From an uncultured candidate division Zixibacteria bacterium (lineage in GTDB: Bacteria > Zixibacteria > MSB-5A5 > UBA10806): DNA of 64,000 bases. The notes beneath the pieces were generated by a model, which worked only from the letters and a program-made list of their open reading frames with translations, made no database searches and was not told where the DNA came from. Location: NCBI GenBank assembly GCA_963817915.1, contig CAWFQL010000012.1, forward strand, positions 352,001-416,000. The letters are read 5' to 3'. The translations under genes were made by a program, and so were the position numbers. Shown piece after piece: positions 48,117-57,731 of this stretch; position 1 is the first letter of the stretch, and every line of letters begins with the position of its first letter.

Positions 48117-48746
48117 TTAGGATGCCTCTATCACGATTCCCTGGATAATATTGCCCACCTCTTCACAACGATCTGTCGCCTTCTCAAGACGTTCAAAAAT
48201 ATCCTTCCATTTGATTACGAGAACAGGGTCTTTCTCTTCTCTAAAAAGACGCGCCAGGGCGGAACGCAAAATCTGATCCCCCTCTTTTTCGGTCGCGTAT
48301 ATGTCAGAGCAGCATTGCTGGATTATTTCATCATTCTTGCTCATATTGCGAAGATTGCTTATAGCGCCGTTAACTCCGCCGCTGGCTTTGACCAGCACTT
48401 GAGTGAATTGCCGTAATTCTCCGCGCATTTCCGAAAGCTCATATAGCATCATTCTTGAAACCGCCGAATCGACTGAATCAATGATATCATCGAGGCGCCT
48501 GATCAACCTGTGAATATCGGCTCGATCGATCGGAGTAATGAACGTCCTATGCAAAGCTTCGATACAGGTGCGGGTTATATCATCGGCGTCATGCTCTATA
48601 GCCTTAATTTTACTCGTCCGATCGGCCAATTCAGATGGATTCTTGGCAATTTCATCCAATTCCCTGCAGGCTTCAACAGAAAGCTTGGTATGTTTCTCGA
48701 AATAATCAAAGAAACCCATTTCTTTGGGCAGTAAACGTTTAAACAT
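48117..48746 (-). CDS. DUF47 phosphate transport regulator (PhoU-like)
   Basis: IEH.AD, LH.TFITP.DR.DI, E.EGD, KWKDI...LE.ATD; directly upstream of pit. Confidence 0.88.
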   Translation of the reverse strand: MFKRLLPKEMGFFDYFEKHTKLSVEACRELDEIAKNPSELADRTSKIKAIEHDADDITRTCIEALHRTFITPIDRADIHRLIRRLDDIIDSVDSAVSRMMLYELSEMRGELRQFTQVLVKASGGVNGAISNLRNMSKNDEIIQQCCSDIYATEKEGDQILRSALARLFREEKDPVLVIKWKDIFERLEKATDRCEEVGNIIQGIVIEAS

Positions 48747-48928
48747 TATGGCTCCAAATATTTAAATTTACAATATATTCGCATTGTTAACGCTTGTGAA
48801 TAAATGCTCATGTTGTGATCAATCTTAAGATATTAATGAATGACAGTCAAGGGCTTTTGAATAGGTCATAACCATATGAATAATCTGATAAATACGATTT
48901 TATTATTTCATGTTTAATCATGATAAAA

Positions 48929-48954
48929 GGAACCTCCCAGTTCGGGTAGGGGTT
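48929..48954 (+). promoter_or_regulatory. ECF-sigma-type promoter, GGAAC-N17-GGTT
   Basis: GGAAC CTCCCAGTTCGGGTAGG GGTT, upstream of the cupredoxin gene. Confidence 0.5.
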
Positions 48955-48994
48955 TTGTTTTTATGATAACTCTGGAATTCGGGGAGGAGCCCAA

Positions 48995-49417
48995 ATGAAT
49001 ACTAAGAGAATATTAATTATCGGAATAGGAGTTGGCCTAATCGTTTCGCTTTATCTCGGCTGCGGCACACCCGGCAAAAATCTTCCGGTAACCGAAGTAA
49101 CCGCCAAATTGGGAATTGACAATTTTCAGGAAGTGTCGGTCGATGTTGAAAGCTTTTATTTTAAGCCCAATCGGATTCAGGTTATGGCGAATGTTCCTGT
49201 GCGTCTTACATTAAAAAGCGGCACCTTGATAATTCCGCATAATTTTTCGCTTCACGCTCCCGAAGCTGGAATCGATGTTAATCAAAATATCGGCCACGGG
49301 AAAACAGCGATTGTCGAATTTACCCCGACTAAGACCGGCGAATATTCTTTTTATTGCGCCAAGGATGGCCACATGCATAAAGGAATGACAGGCACTCTGG
49401 TAGTGCTTCCACAATAA
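48995..49417 (+). CDS. Cupredoxin-domain lipoprotein
   Basis: Lipobox LGC; F.PN.I.V; PHNF; Y.FYC....H...GM.G.L.V type-1 Cu ligands. Confidence 0.85.
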   Translation: MNTKRILIIGIGVGLIVSLYLGCGTPGKNLPVTEVTAKLGIDNFQEVSVDVESFYFKPNRIQVMANVPVRLTLKSGTLIIPHNFSLHAPEAGIDVNQNIGHGKTAIVEFTPTKTGEYSFYCAKDGHMHKGMTGTLVVLPQ

Positions 49418-49449
49418 TCTATGCGCGATTTCCTATAATAAGATTGATA

Positions 49450-50502
49450 TTATAATCGAATTATCAATGATTCCGAGCAAAAGCCGGGGCCAAGCGCCGA
49501 AATGACTCCAAATCCCTGTCTGCCAGTTCCGAGCTTTTCAAGATATCGTGAAATCACATACAAAACCGTAACCGACGACATATTCCCATAATCCCGTAAT
49601 ATCTCCCGAGAGAATTCGAAGCTATTGCCGTTGACACTAAATGCCTTTTCGTATGCCTCGACAACTTTGATTCCGCCCGGATGGTATAGGTATTGGCTGA
49701 TATCATTCTTGGCGAGCGAATTTGATGATAGAAAGCTATTCAATTCATTGTCCGAATGCTCGGCGACGATATCCGGGATCCGCTTATCAAAAATCACCTG
49801 CATTCCTTGCGAAACTATATTCCAGCCCATCACTTTTAATGAATCCGGATAAAAGGTCGATTGAGTTGCCAGAATTTCGAGACCATTCGCATCGACCTCG
49901 TCGCCGCTAATTAATGCAGCTGCGGCGCCATCCGCGAAAAGCGCACAGGCCACCAAATTGCTTTTAGAAAAATCATCATGAATAAAAGTCAATCCGCATA
50001 ATTCAACAGCGACTACCAGCGCGCGATGAGATGGATGGCCGATCAAATAATGATAAGCATGTGACAGACCGGCGGCGCCGCCCGCGCATCCCAGTCCCCA
50101 TATCGGAGTTCTTCTAATATTGCGACGAAGGTTAAGCTTATTTATTAGCCTGGCATCTATTGAAGGCGTGGCTAAGCCGGTCGTATTAACATAAATTATA
50201 TAATCGATATCATCTAAATTGGTTTTAGTGCTTTCCAGCACCTTGGTAACAGCTTTTGCCCCCAGATCAGTGGCCGCGCGAATATAGATTTCATTTTTTT
50301 CCGCCAGGGAATGATCTTCACCGAACCACGAAGTCGGTACCGAAAAATATCTGCTTTTTATTCCGGCGTTATCGAATATCGGCAAAAGACGTGAAATATC
50401 CTTGAAATGAGCTCCGAATAGATGCTCGGCAAATTCTTTAGCCTCATTTTGATCTACCTTATATTCTGGTAAGGCAGTAGTGATTCCAACTATCTTCGGC
50501 AT
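49450..50502 (-). CDS. Type III polyketide synthase (BpsA/chalcone-synthase-like)
   Basis: Catalytic triad in GLGCAGG, HPGG, YGNMSS; VELC, LFADGAAA, LGPGF. Confidence 0.92.
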   Translation of the reverse strand: MPKIVGITTALPEYKVDQNEAKEFAEHLFGAHFKDISRLLPIFDNAGIKSRYFSVPTSWFGEDHSLAEKNEIYIRAATDLGAKAVTKVLESTKTNLDDIDYIIYVNTTGLATPSIDARLINKLNLRRNIRRTPIWGLGCAGGAAGLSHAYHYLIGHPSHRALVVAVELCGLTFIHDDFSKSNLVACALFADGAAAALISGDEVDANGLEILATQSTFYPDSLKVMGWNIVSQGMQVIFDKRIPDIVAEHSDNELNSFLSSNSLAKNDISQYLYHPGGIKVVEAYEKAFSVNGNSFEFSREILRDYGNMSSVTVLYVISRYLEKLGTGRQGFGVISALGPGFCSESLIIRL

Positions 50503-50648
50503 GATTTCCCTTCGTCAGATACTATTCTCTCTTCGTGATAAAACTAACCTCTAATCGTCCTAAGATGTTTCCTAAGCGATAGCTAATGTAGAAAATATAA
50601 CTGATTGTTTTATGGTCAATATAGAATCATGCGAAAATCATTATGAAT

Positions 50649-51071
50649 CTATCTGTTTTTCAATATGGAATCATAATAACTTGTCGGAATTTCGGTCGCG
50701 TCGGATGCCACAGATGATTCAAGCGACTGCGCAGGCGGCGAAAGCAGAATATATGATCCGGAAACATTCGCGGGTTCACGATAACCGAATTTCGATGCCG
50801 CCAAACCAATGAAAATCCCCATCACAAATATCGCGGCGATTCTAATTAATGAAATTGGAAGAGATCGACGCTGGCGGGGATTGGGTAGGCGACGGATTTC
50901 GCGCGGCGGTTTGGCACTGCCGATTATACCGATATCCTTCTTAATCGAGTTGAATCGATTCTTGCATTCAGCGCAAATAGATAGATGTTCTGTAATCCTG
51001 GCAGATTCCAATTCGCTTTCTAATACCTCCAGCGCGTATTTCAAAAGGGAGTCTTCATTTATATGAGTCAT
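50649..51071 (-). CDS. Zinc-finger (HxxxCxxC) anti-sigma factor
   Basis: EHLSICAEC plus one TM helix; overlaps the sigma gene. Confidence 0.8.
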   Translation of the reverse strand: MTHINEDSLLKYALEVLESELESARITEHLSICAECKNRFNSIKKDIGIIGSAKPPREIRRLPNPRQRRSLPISLIRIAAIFVMGIFIGLAASKFGYREPANVSGSYILLSPPAQSLESSVASDATEIPTSYYDSILKNR

Positions 51072-51603
51072 TTAGTACTCCTTTCTCTCGTAACTTTTCT
51101 CGGCACGACTTGACCGCGTAAAAAATCCGCGATTTCACAGTCCCCAATGGAATTTTCATAATTTCGGCAATTTCCTCATAGCTTCGGTCGCCGTAGAATC
51201 TTAATACCAATACATCCCGCTGTTCCTTTTCTAATGATCCAATAGCGTCCATGATTAATTTATCTCTTTCACAGGTCAGCTGGGTTTCTAAAGGATTCGC
51301 GGTATCCTGTGTTAATTCCATTCCCGCAATATCGGTTTCACGTCCCGATCTCTTTTTCTCTTTAAGCGCCAATCGATAGGCAATTGTAGTCAAAAAACCA
51401 TAGACGCTGCCAGTTGTATGCCTGATTTTCGCCTGCAGGGCCCTCGTGAATGAGTCTTGAACAATGTCATCGGCAGCATCAGCTGAACCCGTAATCAGCA
51501 TCGCCAACGCTTTAAGTCTTGGTTGATGCTCCTCGACCAGCGCCCGCCAGGATATTTCGTCTCCTCTTTGCGCGTCGAAGAATAATTCCCAGTCGGAATT
51601 CAA
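51055..51603 (-). CDS. ECF RNA polymerase sigma factor
   Basis: ADDIVQDSF region 2; SYEEIAEIM.IPLGTVKSRI region 4; likely TTG start at 51603 after GGGGA. Confidence 0.9.
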   Translation of the reverse strand: MNSDWELFFDAQRGDEISWRALVEEHQPRLKALAMLITGSADAADDIVQDSFTRALQAKIRHTTGSVYGFLTTIAYRLALKEKKRSGRETDIAGMELTQDTANPLETQLTCERDKLIMDAIGSLEKEQRDVLVLRFYGDRSYEEIAEIMKIPLGTVKSRIFYAVKSCREKLREKGVLNDSYK

Positions 51604-51607
51604 ATTG

Positions 51608-52909
51608 CTATTTCCCCGAGGCATTATTGCATGTAATGCCGTTACTCTTACACCAATCTCCAATTTCCTTTATATCAGCTGCGGAACAACACCAGGCTTG
51701 CTCGAATTGGGAGCGAAGATCATCCGATAATATTTTTTCTACATTATCGAGATACCATTGGAAAAGCTTTGGTCTCATATCAGGCGTGATAATTTTAAGT
51801 GCTTCGAGATTTCCACAGATAGCGCCCCCATAATTGCCCATTATCATTCGCCCCGCGTCGGTATCGGGGGCGTAGCGTAGACGCCAGCTTCGCAGCCCGC
51901 TCGTGCGATATTCATTTATCCATTTGTCGTATACAAGGCTTAATTGCTCTGAATATGATTTTTGAGACGGAGTAACGAGAATTACCAGACCAAGATCCAT
52001 TCCCTTTTGGACAATATTTTTCAATTTTTCAGTCAGAAAGACCGTTTTTGAGAAATATACCGGCCTGCCCGCCAGCTTGGCCGATTCGATTATTTTGATA
52101 ATTAGCGTATCCCCGAATGGCCCGGACGGCGTCATGGGGATATTTTGCCCCTTCATGGCCTTGAATATCGAATCCCTTAATTCCATCAATCCCTTTTTAT
52201 CGATAAAACTGGGAAGACCATGTTCAACCATATAAATCGGATACCATTCCGAATTTAAAAGACTCCTATTGACTATGGTGACATCAGCACGAATTTTCAA
52301 TATCCGTTCCAATATCCAGCCGGGATATGTGTCATTGTCACCGTTAGTTATTAGAATTGCGTCCTTTTCGAGACTTATTAGCATGTTGTAATTGAAATCC
52401 ATCACTTCGTCGTAAATAACGCCGCTATTAAGCAATTTCCTCAATGCCAGATCAAGCCTCTCGTCATCTCGCCCGGACATGTAGTGAGTTACCAATGCAA
52501 ACCAGGGATCGATAAAATTAGGGTCAATTTCAGCCGCTTTTTCGAGATTCTTGCGGCCTTCGGTGTCATCGGGTGCGCCAATATGTTCAAGGGCCTTCAG
52601 GTAGAGCAATATTGGATTTGATGGATACTTCTTTAGCCCTTTGTCCAATAATCCCGAGTAATTCTTGTCCCCGGCATATCGGGCCGCATACATCCAGTTG
52701 GCATATGCGAATTCCGATGGATATTCATCAAAGTATGCCTTCCAAAGCGTATCTAATTTCGCATATGTCTTCGTGTCATAGATTACCTGTCGCATGCTCC
52801 TTATTTCTTCTGGACGAACCACGGTCGCCGCTGAAACCATCGCGGGAAGCAAAACCCCGCTCAGAATCAACATTCCGATAATAGCCAATCCGATAATCCT
52901 GCTTTTCAT
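51608..52909 (-). CDS. Secreted TPR-like protein with a DUF2723-like soluble segment
   Basis: Signal peptide; TPR-like helices; YNML.SL...AILITNGDNDTYP...R.DV..VN.SLL...WY. Confidence 0.55.
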   Translation of the reverse strand: MKSRIIGLAIIGMLILSGVLLPAMVSAATVVRPEEIRSMRQVIYDTKTYAKLDTLWKAYFDEYPSEFAYANWMYAARYAGDKNYSGLLDKGLKKYPSNPILLYLKALEHIGAPDDTEGRKNLEKAAEIDPNFIDPWFALVTHYMSGRDDERLDLALRKLLNSGVIYDEVMDFNYNMLISLEKDAILITNGDNDTYPGWILERILKIRADVTIVNRSLLNSEWYPIYMVEHGLPSFIDKKGLMELRDSIFKAMKGQNIPMTPSGPFGDTLIIKIIESAKLAGRPVYFSKTVFLTEKLKNIVQKGMDLGLVILVTPSQKSYSEQLSLVYDKWINEYRTSGLRSWRLRYAPDTDAGRMIMGNYGGAICGNLEALKIITPDMRPKLFQWYLDNVEKILSDDLRSQFEQAWCCSAADIKEIGDWCKSNGITCNNASGK

Positions 52910-53034
52910 TGAATTCCTCCATTCTTCATCAAATTTCCCCAGTTCAACTAAATAATCCCCAAACCCTTTAAAAGTTCAATGAAAGCGAAAAAAAAGTAAT
53001 AATCGTCATATTAAACACATCCGCATACCACAAT

Positions 53035-53379
53035 TTAACCCTCAGCGCCGCCTTTATCGATCGGCTTAATATCTTTGCCTGCAAGAAAAGCCTCGAACGC
53101 GCAATCGATAATCTCCTTAATCTCTTTTCGCTCCCAATATGCTAACGCTTTAAGCTTCATTAGCTTATCTTCTTTGACAATGAATGTTGCCCGAGTCCAG
53201 CCCTGTTTTAATCCGGCCCGTTTGGAATTTAAGATCAACTTTCTCCTGGGAGGGCGAACAACGGCAATCTTTGGTTCAGCTTCAATCGGCTGTATACTGT
53301 GTTTACTCTGTTCGATTTTCTCGTTGCCGCTTTTTATCCAGAAAAATGGTTCTTTGCTTCCTTTGATTTCGTCAGCCAT
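53035..53379 (-). CDS. Ribbon-helix-helix protein resembling ParA-partner (ParG-like) proteins
   Basis: AGGAGG RBS; low-complexity N-terminus; C-terminal GWTRATFIVKEDKL.KLKALAYWERKEIKEII..A. Confidence 0.6.
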   Translation of the reverse strand: MADEIKGSKEPFFWIKSGNEKIEQSKHSIQPIEAEPKIAVVRPPRRKLILNSKRAGLKQGWTRATFIVKEDKLMKLKALAYWERKEIKEIIDCAFEAFLAGKDIKPIDKGGAEG

Positions 53380-53685
53380 TATCTATTGCCTCCTATTATT
53401 ATAATATTCAATGAGTTATGCGAATTTTTCCATTCCTAATGTCGAATATCTGCCCACAAATAAGCTCATTACAAGAATTATGTAAATTGGTCAAGCGAAA
53501 ATTTATACTGTATACAGTAAATATATTGTAAGGTCTGTTGGGTGATATTGGCAGTATACGGAGTATACATAAATAGCCTATTGATATCAATAGAGGGATT
53601 GAGTATCTAAATCAGACAGTTGTTAAAATTTGAGTGAAATATGGCTTCCAGTAGGGTCTGGGGAGTTTGTTTGATGATAATTGAA

Positions 53686-53958
53686 TTATTTGTCTAAGCA
53701 GATTTCGTCGATTATACCAACAATAATTGATCTTAATGGCGCTTTGGGATCATTTACGATCTGGCGAGCAGAATTGCCTTCATCGATTACGAGAACAGTC
53801 TCGCCAATTCCCGCGCCGACCGTGTCAATCGCGATTAGATAGCCGCTGACATCGATTCCGGGGGGTGCCACTTTTTCCACGAGCAACAGCTTGTAGCCAT
53901 CATAGAAGGGATGGTTAATAGTCGAATATACCGTGCCCTGAACCTTGCCAACAATCAT
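53686..53958 (-). CDS. BMC pentamer (BMC-P, EutN/CcmL family)
   Basis: GKV.GTV.ST, KLLLV, IAIDTVGAG.GE.VL, IVGIID. Confidence 0.92.
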   Translation of the reverse strand: MIVGKVQGTVYSTINHPFYDGYKLLLVEKVAPPGIDVSGYLIAIDTVGAGIGETVLVIDEGNSARQIVNDPKAPLRSIIVGIIDEICLDK

Positions 53959-54239
53959 TTATGGCTCCGGTCGTTTAGGTCAACTCCATCGACAATCCCG
54001 ATTACCGAATGATCGACGGGGACGAAAGTCTCAGATAGTGCCATAGCAGCTTCACGGCCGCCTTCATAGTATATTAATTCTCCGGGACCGGCCATGGCGG
54101 TAGCGTCGGCGGCCACCAATGGTTTACCCGACGGATTTTGATTCTTATCCAAAGGCTGTACTATGAGTAGTTTCACGCCTTCCAGACCTTTATATTTCAG
54201 GCTCGCGACAACAGTGCCTATGACTCTGCCTAAAATCAA
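53955..54239 (-). CDS. BMC pentamer (BMC-P, EutN/CcmL family)
   Basis: GRVIGTVVAS.K, KLLIVQP, VAAD...AGPGE, PVD..VIGIVD. Confidence 0.92.
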   Translation of the reverse strand: MILGRVIGTVVASLKYKGLEGVKLLIVQPLDKNQNPSGKPLVAADATAMAGPGELIYYEGGREAAMALSETFVPVDHSVIGIVDGVDLNDRSHK

Positions 54240-54859
54240 ATTCTATTCCTGCCAAAGAAGTTTGATGCCTTCTCGATTTCGGAAGCCATCAAATCATCGA
54301 TCCTCGGTATTACAGTAGTATGCAATATTATATTCTTAACTTTTATTCTATTCGACCCTATTTCAATTGCGGCTTGAACTTCTTCGAGCTTGCCATTGAA
54401 GATAGTAAATGAATTTCCGCCTAAATCGTCAGCCAGGCGGATTTCCATCACGATAACTTCCGCTCCCTTCGTACCAGCATCAGCGGCGTCTATATTTGAC
54501 GCAACAGTTGATGTTTCGATTACACCAATTGACTCGTATTTCCTCGGAGTTCTAAAACCCAATACGGCGTCATGAACCGCATCATGAATATTGGGCAAGA
54601 AAACGCTATCGATTATTGTCTCTGGGCGGATTTGAAGTCCTTCGCGATATGATTCTTCCACCGATGCGACATCTCCGCCTATCAGCGTCAGATATTTCCC
54701 CGGGTGGACAGTGCCGACCTTGAGCATCACGATCGGAGCCTTTTTTATCATGGCGTCCCCGGCGGTCATACCGGCTGCGATACTGCTAAATTCAATCAAT
54801 GCTATAGCCGGATAACGAGATTTTTCAGTCTCAGATTTGATATTTTTAGGTGTTGCCAT
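54236..54859 (-). CDS. BMC tandem-domain shell protein (PduT-like BMC-T)
   Basis: IEFSSIA.G...GDAM.K, PGKY..LIGGDVASV; second domain IET......AAD...K.A.V. Confidence 0.88.
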   Translation of the reverse strand: MATPKNIKSETEKSRYPAIALIEFSSIAAGMTAGDAMIKKAPIVMLKVGTVHPGKYLTLIGGDVASVEESYREGLQIRPETIIDSVFLPNIHDAVHDAVLGFRTPRKYESIGVIETSTVASNIDAADAGTKGAEVIVMEIRLADDLGGNSFTIFNGKLEEVQAAIEIGSNRIKVKNIILHTTVIPRIDDLMASEIEKASNFFGRNRI

Positions 54860-54862
54860 TTA

Positions 54863-56302
54863 TTATACGATTCTGAAATGATCAACTAAGACGCAGCGTC
54901 GTTCGCGGGAAAATGTTCTCGGACGAGTGAGCCCTTCACCGGTGGGGGAGGCAATCGTAAATGACGAATATCCTTCGCCGCCATAGCCCAGCCCGGAATA
55001 ATTGGGACCATTTTTGACAAAAATCGAGCAATCCATTTCCCGAGCCATGCGCGAAAGATTCGTGATATTTTTCGAATGCATCGAGGCCGTATGCCGAAAG
55101 CCTCGTTCGCTCCATTTGGCCAGATCAATTCCTTCATCCGCCGACTTAACTTTCACAATTGGCAGGATAGGCATCATCTGCTCGGTTATCACCAGCGGAT
55201 GGTCTTTATCAACTTCCATTATAGCCAGACGGATATTATCATTAACATTCATTCCAATTTTTGATAGAATTGCCGAAGCGTCTTTCCCGATAAATGATTT
55301 ATTAACATGCGCCGGTTTGCCAGGACCGAATGTCTTTTCGAATATCAGTCTTTCGAGTCGCGATGATTCCGACTTATTGAGCAATACGGCGCCCGAATTT
55401 ATCATTGATCTGATCAATTCAGTGGCCACCGATTCCTCGACAAAGACTGTTTTTTCATCGGTGCAGATAATATTATTATCGAATGATGCCCCAAGCACGA
55501 TATCCCGTCCCGCTTTGTCGATATCGGCGGTTTCATCTACCACGGCCGGAGGATTTCCCGGACCGGCGCAAATTGCCCGTTTGCCGCTCTGCATGGCGGC
55601 CCTGACTACCAATTCGCCCCCTGTAACCACCACCAGTCTGACATTGGGATGAGACATCAGTTCCTGCGCGCTCTTGATAGTCGGCTCGACCGGAGTCGTG
55701 ACAACATTAGGTGGCCCGCCAGCGGCGATGATTGCTTTATTTATCAGCGAAATATTGAATATCGAGACATTCTTGGCGCCAGGATGAACATTGAAGACGA
55801 CGCCGTTGCCAGCCGCGATCATTCCAATCGTATTGCAGATAATAGTCGATGTCGGATTAGTAATCGGTGTAATCGCCCCGATTACCCCGAACGGCGCCGG
55901 TTCGAAAAGCGATAGTCCTCTGTCACCCGAACGAGCTGTAGGATATAAGTCTTCCGTTCCCGGAGTTTTCTCGGTGACAACGATATTTTTTTTGATTTTG
56001 TCTTCTACACGGCCCAGCCCGGTCTCGGAATTCGCCATTTCCGCCAATGTCCTGGCATTATCGAGCATCGATTTTCTGATTGAACGAATGATTTCATCAC
56101 GTTTGGATAGCGGCATCCGGCAGAATTCTCGTTGAGCGGCAACTGTTGCTTTGACAGCGGAATCGATATCAGCGAAGACACCTTCAGTCATAGCCGCCAA
56201 TCGATTATTGATGACTGTTGGTGACTGTCCTTGTCCAGCGGACATGTATTTAATCACCTGCTGAGCAATGGCGTCGATCTGATTTTCGCTGAGATTGGAC
56301 AT
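54863..56302 (-). CDS. CoA-acylating aldehyde dehydrogenase (EutE/PduP type) with N-terminal encapsulation peptide
   Basis: PFGVIGAITP.TNPT, TGG..VV, AGPGNPP, SFDNNIIC..EK, EQMMP, IFVKNGP, TGEG.T; N-terminal SENQIDAIAQQVIKYM amphipathic helix. Confidence 0.92.
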   Translation of the reverse strand: MSNLSENQIDAIAQQVIKYMSAGQGQSPTVINNRLAAMTEGVFADIDSAVKATVAAQREFCRMPLSKRDEIIRSIRKSMLDNARTLAEMANSETGLGRVEDKIKKNIVVTEKTPGTEDLYPTARSGDRGLSLFEPAPFGVIGAITPITNPTSTIICNTIGMIAAGNGVVFNVHPGAKNVSIFNISLINKAIIAAGGPPNVVTTPVEPTIKSAQELMSHPNVRLVVVTGGELVVRAAMQSGKRAICAGPGNPPAVVDETADIDKAGRDIVLGASFDNNIICTDEKTVFVEESVATELIRSMINSGAVLLNKSESSRLERLIFEKTFGPGKPAHVNKSFIGKDASAILSKIGMNVNDNIRLAIMEVDKDHPLVITEQMMPILPIVKVKSADEGIDLAKWSERGFRHTASMHSKNITNLSRMAREMDCSIFVKNGPNYSGLGYGGEGYSSFTIASPTGEGLTRPRTFSRERRCVLVDHFRIV

Positions 56303-56329
56303 ATTTTAATTTTCCAAAATGCTAAAAAA

Positions 56330-56647
56330 TTAGTCTTCGGACACATTCAGAACGGTTGTGTTCTTGCGGAAGATTGTTTTGCCATCAACTTCCCAGTTGT
56401 CGACTATCGCCATTACGACCGCATCGCAGGGCCTCTTATCGGTGATCTCTGTCTGTCTTGCTGATGAACCCGTAGCGTAGAGAACGATTTCTCCTACTCC
56501 AGCGCCGACAGCATCGACAGCCACCACAATACCGCCGCCGTCTTTGCCGTCGATATCGACATTGCGAAGCAGAAGCAGCTTGGTGCCTTCAAGGCTTTTT
56601 TCTTTTTTAGTAGAAACGACTGTTCCTAAGACTTTTGCCAGTAACAT
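56330..56647 (-). CDS. BMC pentamer (BMC-P, EutN/CcmL family)
   Basis: [24 protein letters not shown]...GSSAR, P.DA...AIVD. Confidence 0.93.
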   Translation of the reverse strand: MLLAKVLGTVVSTKKEKSLEGTKLLLLRNVDIDGKDGGGIVVAVDAVGAGVGEIVLYATGSSARQTEITDKRPCDAVVMAIVDNWEVDGKTIFRKNTTVLNVSED

Positions 56648-56711
56648 CGGATTTCTTTCGTTAAAATGGCGGCCGATGGCCTAATCTTGTTTATTCTGCG
56701 ATTGGCCTAAA

Positions 56712-57032
56712 TTATTTCTTGGCTCCTCTTGGCTTTTCCGATTCTTCAAACTCGGATGTCCGCCCCAACGGTATAACCATATCGACATTGGAGTGTGGGC
56801 GAGCGATAATATGAACCGCCACGACTTCGCCTACTTTCGATGCGCCTGCATGACCGGCATCGCATGCCGCCTTGACCGCTGCGACATCGCCGCGAATTAT
56901 AGCGGTCACATAGCCGCCGCCGGTTTTTTCATAGCTTACAAGTTCAACCTTGGCAGCCTTTACCATCGCGTCCGCGGCCTCTACCATAGCCGGGAAACTC
57001 CGACATTCTATCATACCTAATGCTTCTGCCAT
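56712..57032 (-). CDS. BMC hexamer shell protein (BMC-H)
   Basis: [36 protein letters not shown]. Confidence 0.95.
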   Translation of the reverse strand: MAEALGMIECRSFPAMVEAADAMVKAAKVELVSYEKTGGGYVTAIIRGDVAAVKAACDAGHAGASKVGEVVAVHIIARPHSNVDMVIPLGRTSEFEESEKPRGAKK

Positions 57033-57093
57033 GGAAATTACCTCCTTGAGATATTTAAGATATTTATTTGCATGTTTGTGAATTTGCCTTCAA

Positions 57094-57717
57094 CTATTTT
57101 CCCATTATTCTTCCGCTAATTCCCTCGATCGCCGCTATTGCCGCGCGATGGCCGACTTCGATATCCCGTTCCTCGCCGCCGAGGTAGATTCTTCCGAATG
57201 ATCCGAATGCCCGCACTTCAAGGATATTGATCTCGGCCGCTTTTTCAGCTTCATTGGCTGCCAAGGCCGCATAGGCCGCCGGTTCGAGCTCCATTACGAA
57301 TAAGGTCTGTCCGGCGATTATCATATTGCCGTGTCGAGTACGGTTAATTAGTTGCGTTTGATGATCATCGAGCCGTCGGATTACCTGATTCGATAATACT
57401 CGCGGTTTCCAACGGTCTTCTTCTTTCAAATGCAACGCGTCAAGAATCGCCTGCCCCGCTTGTCGGACATCGGCCTGCGACTCTGAATGGATTTCCAGCA
57501 TGCCATAGAGTCTTTCGACTATCTGCATGCCGGGTGTCACTTTTGTGGATTTGAGGGCGATATCGGTAATTTGATTTATCTCAATACCAGGAGAAATTTC
57601 CACATACAGCGATGCCATTCCGGCAACCGGGAGAAAACCCTGCGCTACAGTGCCCAAAAATGCCGCATACTGGGGCTGAATACTATCCAAAAAAACATAA
57701 GCTCTTAAATCCGCCAA
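57094..57717 (-). CDS. Permuted BMC trimer (CsoS1D/CcmP-like BMC-T)
   Basis: LR.Y.FLDS.QPQ.A, EISPG..I...[40 protein letters not shown] before TTG. Confidence 0.88.
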   Translation of the reverse strand: MADLRAYVFLDSIQPQYAAFLGTVAQGFLPVAGMASLYVEISPGIEINQITDIALKSTKVTPGMQIVERLYGMLEIHSESQADVRQAGQAILDALHLKEEDRWKPRVLSNQVIRRLDDHQTQLINRTRHGNMIIAGQTLFVMELEPAAYAALAANEAEKAAEINILEVRAFGSFGRIYLGGEERDIEVGHRAAIAAIEGISGRIMGK

Positions 57718-57731
57718 ATTATTCTCCTTAA

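Noticed and set aside
53408..53590. 60-aa ORF as a parA remnant
   Set aside because: No Walker or other ParA motif recognisable; the region looks regulatory.
55002..55652. 216-aa plus-strand ORF
   Set aside because: Antisense shadow of the aldehyde dehydrogenase; no motifs.
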